64,000 nucleotides of DNA from Batkoa obscura (lineage: Eukaryota). The position numbers were made by a program, and so were the translations under genes. Below, one piece after another: positions 49,739 through 62,205 of this stretch. A model generated the notes under the pieces. That model saw nothing but the letters and a program-made list of their open reading frames with translations. It was not told the origin of the DNA and did not search any database. How positions within the stretch are numbered: position 1 is the stretch's first letter; every line of letters starts with the position of its first letter. Where the stretch lies: NCBI GenBank assembly GCA_030770535.1, contig JASVEC010000010.1, positions 1,178,001 to 1,242,000 of the forward strand. Reading direction: 5' to 3'.

Positions 49739-50187
49739 TTTAATTTATATTATTTTACTTTGGGATATTTTGTTTGTTTATATATTTTTTTTGTTCTTAT
49801 GGTCTTTAGAATTAATTAGGTTATCTTATGAGCTTAATTGAATTTACATTAGAATGAATGAGTTCCACCCCCCTAAATTCTCTCAAACTATGCTACTTAA
49901 TGCATATTAAATCCTGCATTATTTGAATTATATTATTTGTTATCTTAGCATTTTGACAATGTTAATATTTAGGTGTCAACAAAGTTTTGATAATATGATA
50001 GTTAAATATTATATACTATCATAGATATACTTAGTATGTATTTTAATTTTTGAATAGAGCAGGTTAAACTTTAAGCTAGTAAAATTACACCCCATTTATT
50101 ATGGTTCTAGAATATAAAATGACTGTTTTGACACCTTTTAGTCTAATATAGAATTTTTACAAACTAACTTTCCAGGTGTTACAGATT

Positions 50188-50316
50188 TATTGTGACTTAA
50201 TTAACCTATAATTTAAGAATAAAACTTTGACGAACTATTAAAATACAACACTATGGAAGATTTTGATAATTCGTCAAAGTTTTATTCTTAAACCATAGAT
50301 TAATTAAGTCACAATA
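50188..50316. repeat. Fold-back inverted repeat (57-bp arms, 15-nt loop)
   Basis: TATTGTGACTTAATTAACCTATAATTTAAGAATAAAACTTTGACGAACTATTAAAAT pairs with its downstream reverse complement with about 5 mismatches. Confidence 0.9.
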
Positions 50317-50930
50317 GAGTTATAATATGCGTAACCAACCTTAAAGAGATTGACAAATGTAGTTTAGGATTTTGCATTATTTTAAAGAAAATTCTAATTG
50401 TTGAATTTCAAAGTATCTATTGTCTAGAACTTTGAAAGGCATAAGCATCAGCTGGTGTTTGTTTGATGTAAAAATGATAGAATCAAGATTTCATATTTTG
50501 AATCAGAAGTTATCGATATACCTCTAATATGGTTTTTTAGTCATTCCATATTAAATAAATTATTTTTAGAATATAGAAACAATTATTAATTACTACTAAA
50601 CTGTTCACTTTTTTGATTTTATATTAATATTCTTTTACCTTTAAAATCTTAAAAACTGATTGCTTATAAAATGCTATGACTATGAGTGAATTTATAAACT
50701 TAGTTGAAGTCAAAACGGTTGTGGTTTAGGCTTTACTTTCCATAATCTGTATAATAATCTCCTATTTGTTACTTTGTTCATTTATAACATAAAGTAAAGA
50801 AAAGCTATCAATTGAATGTAAAGGAAAAAAATAAGAACAATTATTATCTGTGTACTATTTATGTTCAATTTGATTTTTACAAAACCAGTACTGGAAAAAA
50901 TTGAGCCTTGGGTTTGAATTAATCCAGTAT

Positions 50931-50993
50931 AAATTTTTCCGCTTAAATAGCGCTTAAAAATGAAAAAGATAATGAAGTCAAAAAAACACTCCC
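50931..50993 (-). mobile_element. MITE copy 12 (truncated)
   Basis: Core plus one terminus (ACACTCCC-ATAT). Confidence 0.75.
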
Positions 50994-51590
50994 ATATAGT
51001 AATGTCTTTTTTATTGCTTTTTATTTTAAATACAATATAAAAAAGTTCTAAAAAAGCAATTAAATGCTGAAACAAAAAGCTATTTATATTTATTTTAGTT
51101 TTAAATATATCAAAATCACAAGACAATTTTTTTTTAAAAAAAATAATCAGAAATTTATTGTGTAAGTTACTATCATAAATAATAACAATAATACAAATAG
51201 GAAGGTATATATTATTAATTTAATATAAGATAAAATGAAAGAAATATAAGCATATGAAATTTAAATGTACGATTAGAAATATCGAATTTTAGTTTTAAAA
51301 ATTAATTGATTTAAAATTTCTATTATATAAGGATTATGAAAAGTTTTGAGAAAGTATTTACAACTTATAAGCAGGGTTTAAAAATTTATGAAAGTATAAT
51401 AATAAATAGCAGTGTATAAAAACTATCATATGATAAATTTTCAAGTTTTGTTTTGTTTTGTTTTGTTTTGTTTTCATTGTGCTGTTAAAAGTAGAAGTTT
51501 TAGTATAGAAAATTGATTCTTCTCGACATAATCTCATATATGTCAAACTACTTCTAAGCATTAATACTGTTAAAAATACAATATAAAATT

Positions 51591-51911
51591 TAATAAAAAT
51601 CCACTACATAGTAATTTTTACTTATCGATATCTAGTGTACTAATTTCACAATACGGGGATGTATTTCTGTGTTTAAGAATTTTGCTAATAATTTTTCTAA
51701 TAAAAATCCACTACATAGTAATTTTTACTTATCGATATCTAGTGTACTAATTTCACAATACGGGGATGTATTTCTGTGTTTAAGAATTTTGCTAATAATT
51801 TTTCTAATAAAAATCCACTACATAGTAATTTTTACTTATCGATATCTAGTGTACTAATTTCACAATACGGGGATGTATTTCTGTGTTTAAGAATTTTGCT
51901 AATAATTTTTC
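51591..51911. repeat. Three tandem copies of a 107-bp unit including a MITE end
   Basis: TAATAAAAATCCACTACATAG starts at 51591, 51698 and 51805; the units appear identical. Confidence 0.95.
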
Positions 51912-51961
51912 CGCTCAAATAGCGCTTAAGATGGAAAAAAGAAGCCAAAAAAAACACCCCC
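51869..51961 (-). mobile_element. MITE copy 13
   Basis: Full copy; flanks ATAC/ATAT. Confidence 0.85.
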
Positions 51962-52796
51962 ATATTCTATTGTGTATAGAAAAAGCTATAAATTCGCTTG
52001 GAAAACTGATAAATGTTTTTTATCGACTATATTTAAGGCTTTTGAACAGTTGATGCTTTTTTAATAGATACAGCGTAGTTTATATCTAAATGAAGTTTAA
52101 GAAACATAAAAATTTGGATTATTAAATAATAGGGAGGGTTTAGATTCATAATGAAATATTCTATCTGAGACATCTGAAAAGCTTAAATTTATCAATTTTT
52201 ATTAAAAACATTAAAAAGTTATACATAATTTGGTATTCTATTAATCAATTTATAATTTGTCTAATAATATAATGAATTAAAAGTAGCAACATAAAGCTAC
52301 AATGCAGCACTATTGTTCTGTACGTTTTGAAAATCAAGCGGCTTTGTATCAAGCGGACTTTGAGGGTAACCCATTGATAGTGATTTTAGATCAAAAGTTA
52401 ATCTTAATTGAAAAAAATTGGCTATTTATTAATATTTTAATATTTTTAAGTATTAGTAAAATTTAATTATAAAACTTTTCTTCATCCTTACATTTATTTT
52501 TAACCTTGATCTTGTTAAAGCTTTAAAACAAACAGTTATTATCTCATATAAATGGTTTACAAATGGCTATTGTTATGATTTAACATGAAACTTTATTATA
52601 TTAATAATTAAAGAGAGTCTTTTATATCAATGTTTAAATAGAACAACAATGGCCGAAGGAGCCTTTTTGAACTTGAAAGTCGAAACCTTAGCCTCTGAGT
52701 AAAAAAACAAATCATATTGATTTTGATATTATCAGTTTTATAGTATTATTAAACTTAGTTTTAACTGATTTTGCTAATAGGTTTTTAAAAATAGGT

Positions 52797-52885
52797 GGGG
52801 AGTGTTTTTGGTTTTATCACTTTCCATTTTTAGGTGCTATTTGAGTGGAAAAACTATTAGTAAAATTCTTAAAAAATACATTCCC
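52797..52885 (+). mobile_element. MITE copy 14
   Basis: Family core; flanks AGGT/AGAT. Confidence 0.8.
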
Positions 52886-53724
52886 AGATACTAATCCAAA
52901 AGGCTAACTTTGAATTTATATATATATAAGAAGGTGAAAGGGGAGTATGAAACGTAGTAGAAAACCTACTATATAAAATTCAAGATTATATTGATTACAG
53001 GCTTCTTTATTATAAAAATTAATGGGTGATAATTTCCAACTATATCATTTGTAAGAGTAAAAACGGATTAAATGCTCAAAAAAGTTAAGTGAAATGTATA
53101 AAACAGGTCGCTAATTATTACGAAAATTATCTTATCATATTTACGTGGTTTTCTTATCTTACCATGTCTATATAGGCTTAAAATACACTTATACTAAATT
53201 ATAATATACTTATATTAGCTTATCTCCTTTGCTTTAGTATAAGTTTAACTTAGTTTAACTTTTAATAGCATTTACTATTTAAATTCCTTTAATTTCTAAA
53301 GCCTTAATTTTTAAGCTCAATGAAAACATTACATCCTAATAATTTATTGGCTAGATAAAAAAGACTACGTATTATTGATCCAATTAAGGGATAAACATTA
53401 CTTTAATAATTACACTTCAGATCAATTGTAATATTGTAAATTACGTGGTCATTGTGATCAAATATAGTAAATACTTATGGACTATAACCAGGATGTTTAG
53501 ATCAAAAGTAACAAATTAGGCTTCAAATGTATATATACTGATAGATCTGTTTAAAATTGAAACCTTTTTTATTTAGGGTTATACAAAACAGAGATTATTG
53601 GTCAAAAAACGATCATTCAGTCTCATAAAATATAAAAGATTGGGAGTATTTTAAATCGTTATTCTTTTTCAATTTGCAAGTAAAATTTTAAACACAGATA
53701 TTAAATTTTCTAAAAAAGTCAAAG

Positions 53725-56250
53725 ATGAATCAAGAATATATTGAACCTAGTAAACGAGAGAAGTACGGAAGTTCTGGTAAAAGCTATCCAGTGAAAACTA
53801 ATTTTTTTCAAATCCGCCATAACAATTCTGGTACAATTCACCATTATGACGTCAATATCACCCCTGAGGTCCCAGTAGGGGTGAATAAAGACGTATTTAA
53901 AGCATTCGAAGTAAAAAATGCTAACAATGTTAAAGTATTGGGAGGTATATGCGCAGTCTTTGATGGAGCCAAGAACATGTTTTCACCAAGGGCACTACCA
54001 TTTGGAAAGCAGTTTGTTGACGAGGTTATTTTACCTGAGGAGGGTGGTAAAAAAAGTAACGAACCAAGAAAATTTAAACTCAAGATGATGAAGGTCAACG
54101 AAGTACCAATCGATATTAATGAGATGCACCAGCGTACATCCAACGGTTTGACTGCAATGATGGCGTTTAACGTCTTGTTCAGGCACCAGAATGAAACTAA
54201 TTTCGTTCAGGTTAAAAATTCATTTTTTATCCGAGAGGATGTAAATGAGCTTTCTGGAGGTGTGGAGTTATGGCCAGGTTTCTTTCGCTCCTTCAACTCA
54301 GTTGCTGATGGGTTTGCATTAAACATAGATACTACTATTTGTAGCTTTTATCAACCTGGCCCTGTAGTTGATATCGTTGCTAAGTTGATTGGGTTAAGAA
54401 ATCCAAGCGATTTGAGAGACTCAAGAACAAGCAAATATTTTAGAAAAATTAAATCTTTCTTAAAAGGTTTGAAGGTTACCATGTCCATCAAAGGTGAGCA
54501 ACCTCGTAGTTACAAAATCCGTGGTGTATCGGACAACTCTGCAGTTGACCAAAAGTTTGACTTGATTGAGGATGATGTCAATAAAGGTCGTATTAGTGTA
54601 GCAAAATACATTGAGAATAAATACAGCATCAAGTTACAGTACCCCAATCTACCTTGTGTTGAAATCAAAAAGGGGGCTTTATTACCATTAGAACTATTTA
54701 CAATCTTGCCTGGGCAAAGATACGTTAAAAAGTTGGATGAAAAACAAACAAGTGAGATGATCAAGGTAACTTGCATTAAACCATATTTAAGATTCCAGAA
54801 AATTGCGAATGGGATGAGACGTATGGCTTTTGAAAAAAACAAATACATCAAGCAGTTTGGGTTGGAAGTTACTACAACTGCTAAAGAAGTACCTGCAAGA
54901 CTATTATCTGCGCCAACCATAAAATATAATCCTTCTTCCAAGGATCATTCTATCCGTCCTGCTAACGGGTCCTGGAACATGTTAGGAAAAAGGTTGTTCG
55001 AAGGAAAGCAAATATCTACTTGGGGAGTGGCTGTATACGCCAGAGAAAATTGGTTACGACGTCCTCAAGTTGAAAAATTTGTGGATTTGTTTAGCAATGT
55101 ATGCATAGATACTGGAATGAAAGTGACAGATAAAAGACCTATAATCAAATATTTAAATCCATTTTCTAATAGACTTGAAGAAGAATTAGGTAATTTTTAT
55201 TCTAGCATAAAGAACAACGGAAAAGCAGCCCCTCAGTTAATTCTGTGCATTTTACCAGATCGTGGTAGTGAGCTTTATGGGGCAATTAAGTCAGCTGCTG
55301 AGTTGAAAATTGGAGTCATGACTCAATGTGTACAAGCTAAAAAAGTAGAACGTCCAGACAAGCAGTACTGTGCTAACGTATGCTTAAAAGTAAATGCAAA
55401 ATTAGGAGGCATTAATGCTGCAATGCATGAAAATGATTTAGGAGGGATAAATAAGATCCCAACTTTAATCATAGGTGCAGATGTAACTCACCCTGCTCCA
55501 GGGAATCCAGAAGCCGCTAGTATTGCTGCAGCAATAGGATCTATTGATTTCACTGGGACAAAATATGCATCTTCTATTCGAGCACAACATTCTAGACAAG
55601 AAGTGATTTCCGATTTTTCTAATATGATAGTCGATTTGCTGAAGATGTTTTATAAAAATACTAAAACCAAACCTCAAAAAATTATTTACTATCGTGATGG
55701 GGTATCAGATGGTCAATTCCAAACTGTTTTAATTAATGAAATGAAGGCGATCAAAGTAGCTTGTGCTTCTTTAGAGTCTAATTATAAACCAAAAATAACC
55801 TTTGTTGTTGTCCAAAAGCGTCACCATGCCAGATTTATACCTGTTAAAAGAGAAGATGAAGACCGAAGTGGTAACTGTAAAGCAGGTACTATAGTAGAGG
55901 CTGGTATTTGCCACCCATATTATTTTGACTTTTACCTTCAGTCACATGCAGGATTACAAGGAACTTCACGTCCTTGTCACTATCATGTTTTACATGATGA
56001 AAATGTTTTTACTACTGATAAATTCCAACAGTTTACTTATAACCTTTGTTATCTCTTTAATAGAGCTACAAAATCAGTATCATTAGTTCCACCAGTTTAT
56101 TATGCTCATTTGGCAGCTACTCGCGCCCGATTTCATTATAAGATTAGTGATGGGATGTCAGATACCACATCCATGGTCTCTATAGGCTCAGAGCAACCCG
56201 AGTCAAAGAAATTAGTTGGGGATCTTGCCACTAAGATGTATTACGTTTAA
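53725..56250 (+). CDS. AGO1: Argonaute (N, PAZ, MID, PIWI), intronless
   Basis: VKTNFF, LPGQRY, TQCV, KVNAKLGG, GADVTHP, QEVI, YYRDGVS, QKRHH, GTSRPCHY, PVYYAH, C-terminal MYYV. Confidence 0.97.
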   Translation: MNQEYIEPSKREKYGSSGKSYPVKTNFFQIRHNNSGTIHHYDVNITPEVPVGVNKDVFKAFEVKNANNVKVLGGICAVFDGAKNMFSPRALPFGKQFVDEVILPEEGGKKSNEPRKFKLKMMKVNEVPIDINEMHQRTSNGLTAMMAFNVLFRHQNETNFVQVKNSFFIREDVNELSGGVELWPGFFRSFNSVADGFALNIDTTICSFYQPGPVVDIVAKLIGLRNPSDLRDSRTSKYFRKIKSFLKGLKVTMSIKGEQPRSYKIRGVSDNSAVDQKFDLIEDDVNKGRISVAKYIENKYSIKLQYPNLPCVEIKKGALLPLELFTILPGQRYVKKLDEKQTSEMIKVTCIKPYLRFQKIANGMRRMAFEKNKYIKQFGLEVTTTAKEVPARLLSAPTIKYNPSSKDHSIRPANGSWNMLGKRLFEGKQISTWGVAVYARENWLRRPQVEKFVDLFSNVCIDTGMKVTDKRPIIKYLNPFSNRLEEELGNFYSSIKNNGKAAPQLILCILPDRGSELYGAIKSAAELKIGVMTQCVQAKKVERPDKQYCANVCLKVNAKLGGINAAMHENDLGGINKIPTLIIGADVTHPAPGNPEAASIAAAIGSIDFTGTKYASSIRAQHSRQEVISDFSNMIVDLLKMFYKNTKTKPQKIIYYRDGVSDGQFQTVLINEMKAIKVACASLESNYKPKITFVVVQKRHHARFIPVKREDEDRSGNCKAGTIVEAGICHPYYFDFYLQSHAGLQGTSRPCHYHVLHDENVFTTDKFQQFTYNLCYLFNRATKSVSLVPPVYYAHLAATRARFHYKISDGMSDTTSMVSIGSEQPESKKLVGDLATKMYYV

Positions 56251-56530
56251 TTTTATCAAATTTATATTATACCAGCTGCAGGTTATATCAAAATAGATTT
56301 TGATCCTTGAAATACTGCTTTTATTAAAATATATTGCTATAAATATTATTTTATTTTTTTATTTTATAACAATATTCTATTAATATGAATAATTCTTAAA
56401 AATCCTATAGATATTTAAGTCAAATCATAAAGTTAGAATAACTCTTATGCCTATAAAAAGATTTATTTAAAATTATTTGCTTTATTTAAACTTAATACTC
56501 CTGTCATATATTGAATTTATAATTTCTTTC

Positions 56531-57576
56531 TTAAAATGAAGGAATTCTTTTAAAACTACTAATAAACATATATCTAGAGAACAAGATATAAAGATGACGA
56601 AACCAAACCATTTGGGATTGATGTTGATACATAGCATTACGAGAGGTTAACACTTGATTCAAAGAAGATATAACCAAAATCTGATTAGGTACATTAATAT
56701 CTGGTAGATTATGTCTTATTGAAGAAAAAGTGTAATCTATTTTTGATAATGTAAATATAAGATCAAAAATTGAAATGTATTTTCTTAATAATGGAATAGA
56801 TTCTAGTTGATAAGCAACTACTGACTTTTCTTTTTGATTTAATATAGTTGAAGTTTTTAGCATATGTCTATAGTCGAGTCATTATTATTTGTAGTTGGAT
56901 TAAGAATTAAATAACTTACTCCACACCCACTCTTAATGCAATATGATTGATATGTCCAGAAACACCTTGTAAATCGAAAGTCAAAACCTAAAAATCAAAT
57001 CAATCATGTAAAAAAACAAAATGTGGTAATTACCGTTCTTATCTTGTTCTTTATAATATAAGTTTCAAGGACATTACTAACTTCATGTGGTGGCCATAAT
57101 TCCTTTGGTCCATCTCTAAAGTTACTATATACTCCTTTAGATATATAAAAATAAAAATACAAAACAAAATTACTCTTGGTTTAATACCTTGATATTATTC
57201 TTATTGATACCTAATTTACCACATGCTTCAATTAATTCCTTTTCCCTAACTTTACCCAAGTTATCATGATCACCTTATAAAACAATTAATAATGCTTAAA
57301 ATTTTAAACGAAATTACCATTAGATAAACATAGTAAATGAAGATTGACTTTTTTATTCTTAGCTAACTCCAAAATAATAGGCGAAAAAAACATCACTTCG
57401 TCATCGGGGTGAGCGGTAGCTAACAATATATTAGTAAACTTCCAACCGTCCTTTCCTTCTTGATTATCCGACAAAAATCGATGATGTGGTAAAGGTAATT
57501 GAAAGTACAATACAATACCGTATAATATTAAACTAGGTAATATTATACTCGCTACTACAAAAACATAAGCCAACAT
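56531..57576 (-). CDS. GPI12: N-acetylglucosaminyl-PI de-N-acetylase (PIG-L), multi-exon
   Basis: N-terminal TM, TAHPDDEVMFFSP, LCLSNG, TFDLQGVSGHINH, AMYQHQSQMVWFRHLYILFSRY. Confidence 0.9.
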
Positions 57577-58206
57577 TTAAAGAGTTTTTTAAAAAACTGG
57601 GTTAACTTGTTTTAAAATTAGTTTGTTTCAGTCAGCTTCATTTATGGGCTGAAATTAAGTGAGTGTAATTGGTCCAGATTGATTTTTAAAATTGCATTTT
57701 CAGTAAAAAAAAGTCATGATTTTACTGAAATCGTTATTGATCACTTTTCAATTTCATAACAAATAGTGTTAAAAAAATCACTCTTATAAAGCTGCGAGTA
57801 TTTCATCAAAAATATTAAGATCATTATCAAAATTACAAATGTCCTGTAAAATAGATTTATAGGGTACAATAGCTTAAAAATTCCATAAATCTATAATATA
57901 AAATTCAATTCTTGTTTTGATTGTCTTTTAAGAGTATATAGAGCTTTTTAAATGCTTACAGTTTGATTTAATCCTAACAAAGACTTAGGAAGAGACTAAA
58001 ATCCGCTTAGTCAAAAAAAAGTGACAGAAAAGCCTTCATATTTTGGTCCTTGTCTTCACCAATATAGCTTTTCAGATAATGTATTTTCAGATAAGCTTCT
58101 TGTGAATTGTTATACTCTTATAATAATATTAGGGAAATACACTAACGGCTTTTTAGGGTTAAGAAGCTCAAAGTTTTGAGTTAATATGATGTTTGTATCA
58201 AAATAT

Positions 58207-58305
58207 GGGGATATTCTTTTGGCTTCGTTACTTTTCCCATTTTCTAAGTGCTATTTAAGCGGGAAGATTGTTGGTAAAAATTATTAAACAAAAAAATACA
58301 TCACT
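58207..58305 (+). mobile_element. MITE copy 15
   Basis: Family core; ATAT TSD. Confidence 0.8.
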
Positions 58306-60037
58306 ATATGATCCTGATTCGAACACTTTAATAAACAGTTTAGTTTATGATATTTGACAAAATGTCGTATTGCTTACTTATGAATATCACTATGTATCTG
58401 CCATAAATACCATCATGTTTATTTCTCTAATAAAGCTATATGATGACTTTATTTAGTGTCATAAATTAAGTTTTAAGAAGATAAATTTTAATTTATAAAT
58501 ATTTGATATGTTAGTTATTATTGTTCAAGTTAGATATAAAATAGGAATAGATTTAATTTACTATCATTATTTTAAAGCTATCAAAATAAAATATGTTTAT
58601 TGGATATACACAATTAATAAATTAATAAAAACTTTAATATATAATGTTGTACTAACTTAAAATAAAGCTATAAAATGAGGACAAAAAAACGAATTAAATT
58701 TATAAATTGCTATTTTAATAAATGATACATTAATAAATATAGATTAAATTCAATTATCTAATCACCTATTCTAAAACTTATTTTTGCATTTAAATCATTT
58801 TGAAGTAAAATATCTCTAATTATCGTGTTTACGCTTATATAGCCGATATCATTAATGTAGTATCTAAAATTATTACATTCTTAAAGCTTTGATTTTAAAT
58901 CTCTAAATTTAAAAAAAATCCTATCATTTTGCACAAACAATTCTTTAATTTGAAGATGATATTATCTCGCATGTGTACAAAGTAAAGTAATTTAATTTGC
59001 TAATTTTTACCGAAACTTCTTTTCTAAAATATCAAAATAGCAGAAGGTTCCATAGGAAAATAATAGTTTATATACGGGTTTATTCTTTGAATACACCAAG
59101 TTCTACTCAAAGCGGTAATAAAAACCTTGTATACTAAAGGGATAGACTCAAGTTTTGCTTCTCAATAGCTGGTATCTTCATGTATGTTAATATTTTGCTT
59201 CATATTCCTTAATATTAATGAACAAACTAGAATCTTTTAACAATGATTTTATTGTCCGTGATATTACTGTATATTAATTCAATAACAACAGATATAAACC
59301 CCACCTTTATTTTTCAGGTTATAAACTCGCTTTCTTTCTAAAAAGGTGTACCAGATTAAAAATTAGAAGTGAAGCTGGTCATGTTTTTAAAATTAGAATA
59401 TTTAACTTGAATGATAGATATCATATTTGGATACAAGGTATTTTTAAGAATATTTAAGAGACACAAATCAAATAGAACTCCGTCATAAAATATATATAAG
59501 GGTAAAGGTAGAGGGTGGAGTTTATGAGCAAAAGGTATTTTATTTATTTCTATAATTTATGACTCCAAGTCGTAATTTAATTTACATTTGTACTTTTAAT
59601 AAAGCTATCTTATACCACTGATAACTTGTTATAAAGATCATTCTCAGATATTTACAAAATTTAATTCAGTATTTTTGAACCTTATCTTAATTTAATTATA
59701 TTGTCATTGGTGCTTGCTACCATAATTGGAGTTAATTTACTATTATCTGAATTCCACTTTAATGACCATGCTTTGTTTTAATATGAAAGGTGAAAGTGGA
59801 ACAAGATCTTATTGGTTGAAGCTATATGAATTGCTATGACCAATAAAATTTAATTTTTATTTTAGCATTCTTTAAAGGAAATGATTTAATTTGAAAAAAA
59901 TGAAAAGTATAAAAGAGAGAAGGATAGACTTGAAGTTCTTTGGCTAGTTTCATCTATTTTTACAAAACTAATAGTAATAACTTTAAGACTCTACTGATTT
60001 AGATACCTCAAAGTTACTTCATCCCTAATATTGTATA

Positions 60038-62071
60038 ATGAAATTCACTTCTCCTATTTTAAAGACCTTACTTTTGGGTCTTTTAGCTAATCCTGCTTTA
60101 GCTATCCAGCGTATCAAATTCTCTACCTGCCCTGGTGCCGCTTGTATTATGCCAGTAGATGGTGCTGAATTCCTTACTGGTGCTCAATTCGATATTCGTG
60201 TTGAGATCCATGAAGAAAGTCAAAATAAAGCAAATGGTGACTTTGAGCTAACTGTTTCCAAACTTGGTCGCAATGGTGTTGAAGAAGAACCAATTTTAGT
60301 CAACAACTTTTTCAAGCCTATTAACTCTAACCCAGATTTAGAAAGATGGAACTTCACTTACACTAAAGATTCTAAAGATTACTACCAATCATTAGATGGT
60401 GACCTTTCCGTAGAACGCCCAGTTCAAGTTGCCTCTAAAATTTGGCGTAACGTTCACTTTAAATCCTCTGGTAAATATATTGCCACTATCAAATATAATA
60501 ATGGGGAAACTCACAAAGTTGAATGGATTGTCCGCCCTGCTGCTTGTAAGCGTATTGCTCGTAATGCCATTCTTTTCATTGCTGATGGTACGACCATCAA
60601 CATGATTACCGCTGCTCGTGTCATGGCCCGTAAACAACGTAATGGTAAATTCCCACATAAATTTGAAATGGATATGACCGATTATATTGGACATGTACAA
60701 ACTCATTCTCTTGATGCAATGATGACTGACTCTGCCAACTCTGCCTCAGCTTATCACACTGGTCACAAAACCGCCGTTAATGCTTTAGGTGTTTACCCTG
60801 ATTCTTCGCCAAATCATTTTGATGATCCAAAACAAGAATTGTTAGCTGAGTTAGCTCGTCGTCGTTCTAAATCTCGTGGTGGCAAAATGGCTATTGGTAT
60901 TGTTACTACTGCTGAAGTTCAAGATGCTACCCCAGCCGCTGTATTTGCTCATACCCGTCGTCGTGACGATAAAGCCGAAATCGTTGATCAACTTATCAAC
61001 GGTGCTAAAAATGCTAGTATTCCAGTCATTGCTGATGTCTACTTAGGTGGAGGTGGTGCTTATTTCCATAATAAGACTGGAGGAAAATCCCTCAAAGGAA
61101 ACGATTACTACAAAACTTTTGAAAAACTTGGTTACAACATTGTTAATAATGGAGAACAACTTAGAAACTACAATGAAGATAAACCTCTCCTTGGTATCTT
61201 CCACAAAGGAAACATGGATGTCTTTGTAGATCGTTCTATGTTAAAAGATAACCTTAAAGGAAACAAAGCTTCCCCAGTTGGTGACAACAAAGATGCTTTA
61301 GACCAACCTGGATTAGTAGATATGACCAAGAAAACTTTAAACATTCTTAAGAAACGTGGTGGAGATGCCGGTTTCTTTGCTATGATTGAAGCTGCTTCCC
61401 CAGATAAGCAAATGCACTCTATGGATTTCCATCGTTCCCTTGTTGAAATTATCGAGTTTGACAATGCTATTAAAGCCGCTGTTGAATGGGCCCGTAAGAA
61501 CGATCCATCCACTTTGATCGTCATTACTGCTGATCACGGACATGGTTTTGATGTTTACGGTACTGTTGATACTGAAATTTTCAACAATGCTCCAGTTGAC
61601 GAGCAAAATCTTTCTAAACGTAATGCTATTGGTGTATATGAATCCTCTGGATGGCCAGACTATAGCCCTGATGCTAACGGTTATCCAGCAGAGCTTAATG
61701 TACGTACTGTATTCGCTGCCGCAACCAACAATAAGCCAGATAACTTTGAAAACTTCCAAATGAACCGCACTAAATCTCGTAAACCAGCTGTTGATTCTCA
61801 CTCAAAAGAACATAAATACCAGGTTTCAGTTGCCAACAAAGACTTTGGTAAAGGTGGTATGTTTGTAGGCGGCAACCTTCCAGTTGAGAATGACCAAGCT
61901 GTTCACTCCATGACTGATGTAGGTATTTTTGCCTCTGGTCCAGGAGCTCATTTATTTGGTAAAGTTATGGATTCTACTGAAGTTTTCTTTAACTTTGCTT
62001 ATGCTCTTGGCCTTGGTGAAGTTGATCCAAAAGAATGCTCTAAATGCCCAAAGAAGAGAAAGCACTATTAA
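60038..62071 (+). CDS. Secreted alkaline phosphatase (PhoA family) with N-terminal extra domain
   Basis: Signal peptide, ILFIADG, TDSANSASAY (catalytic Ser), DATPAA, MIE, DKQMH, ITADHGH, HSMTDV; strongly biased codon use. Confidence 0.92.
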   Translation: MKFTSPILKTLLLGLLANPALAIQRIKFSTCPGAACIMPVDGAEFLTGAQFDIRVEIHEESQNKANGDFELTVSKLGRNGVEEEPILVNNFFKPINSNPDLERWNFTYTKDSKDYYQSLDGDLSVERPVQVASKIWRNVHFKSSGKYIATIKYNNGETHKVEWIVRPAACKRIARNAILFIADGTTINMITAARVMARKQRNGKFPHKFEMDMTDYIGHVQTHSLDAMMTDSANSASAYHTGHKTAVNALGVYPDSSPNHFDDPKQELLAELARRRSKSRGGKMAIGIVTTAEVQDATPAAVFAHTRRRDDKAEIVDQLINGAKNASIPVIADVYLGGGGAYFHNKTGGKSLKGNDYYKTFEKLGYNIVNNGEQLRNYNEDKPLLGIFHKGNMDVFVDRSMLKDNLKGNKASPVGDNKDALDQPGLVDMTKKTLNILKKRGGDAGFFAMIEAASPDKQMHSMDFHRSLVEIIEFDNAIKAAVEWARKNDPSTLIVITADHGHGFDVYGTVDTEIFNNAPVDEQNLSKRNAIGVYESSGWPDYSPDANGYPAELNVRTVFAAATNNKPDNFENFQMNRTKSRKPAVDSHSKEHKYQVSVANKDFGKGGMFVGGNLPVENDQAVHSMTDVGIFASGPGAHLFGKVMDSTEVFFNFAYALGLGEVDPKECSKCPKKRKHY

Positions 62072-62205
62072 GCTTATAAAATTAATTTGATATATTTAAT
62101 AAACTATTAATAATTATTTAATATTCTGATTATTGCTTTCTTTATATCAACTATTACATAGTAAAAAAATGTATAAATAATGTTTAATATTTTAATTTGA
62201 TTTAT

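Noticed and set aside
51591..51911. CRISPR-like array
   Set aside because: Units are identical with no unique spacers, there are no cas genes, and the context is eukaryotic.
53844..55677. Antisense ORFs inside Argonaute (likewise inside EngB, RPL1, PhoA and the kinases)
   Set aside because: Shadow frames of well-supported genes with no recognisable motifs.
26977..62071. PhoD + PhoA as a phosphate-scavenging cluster
   Set aside because: They are over 30 kb apart with unrelated genes between, and no shared regulatory motif was identified.
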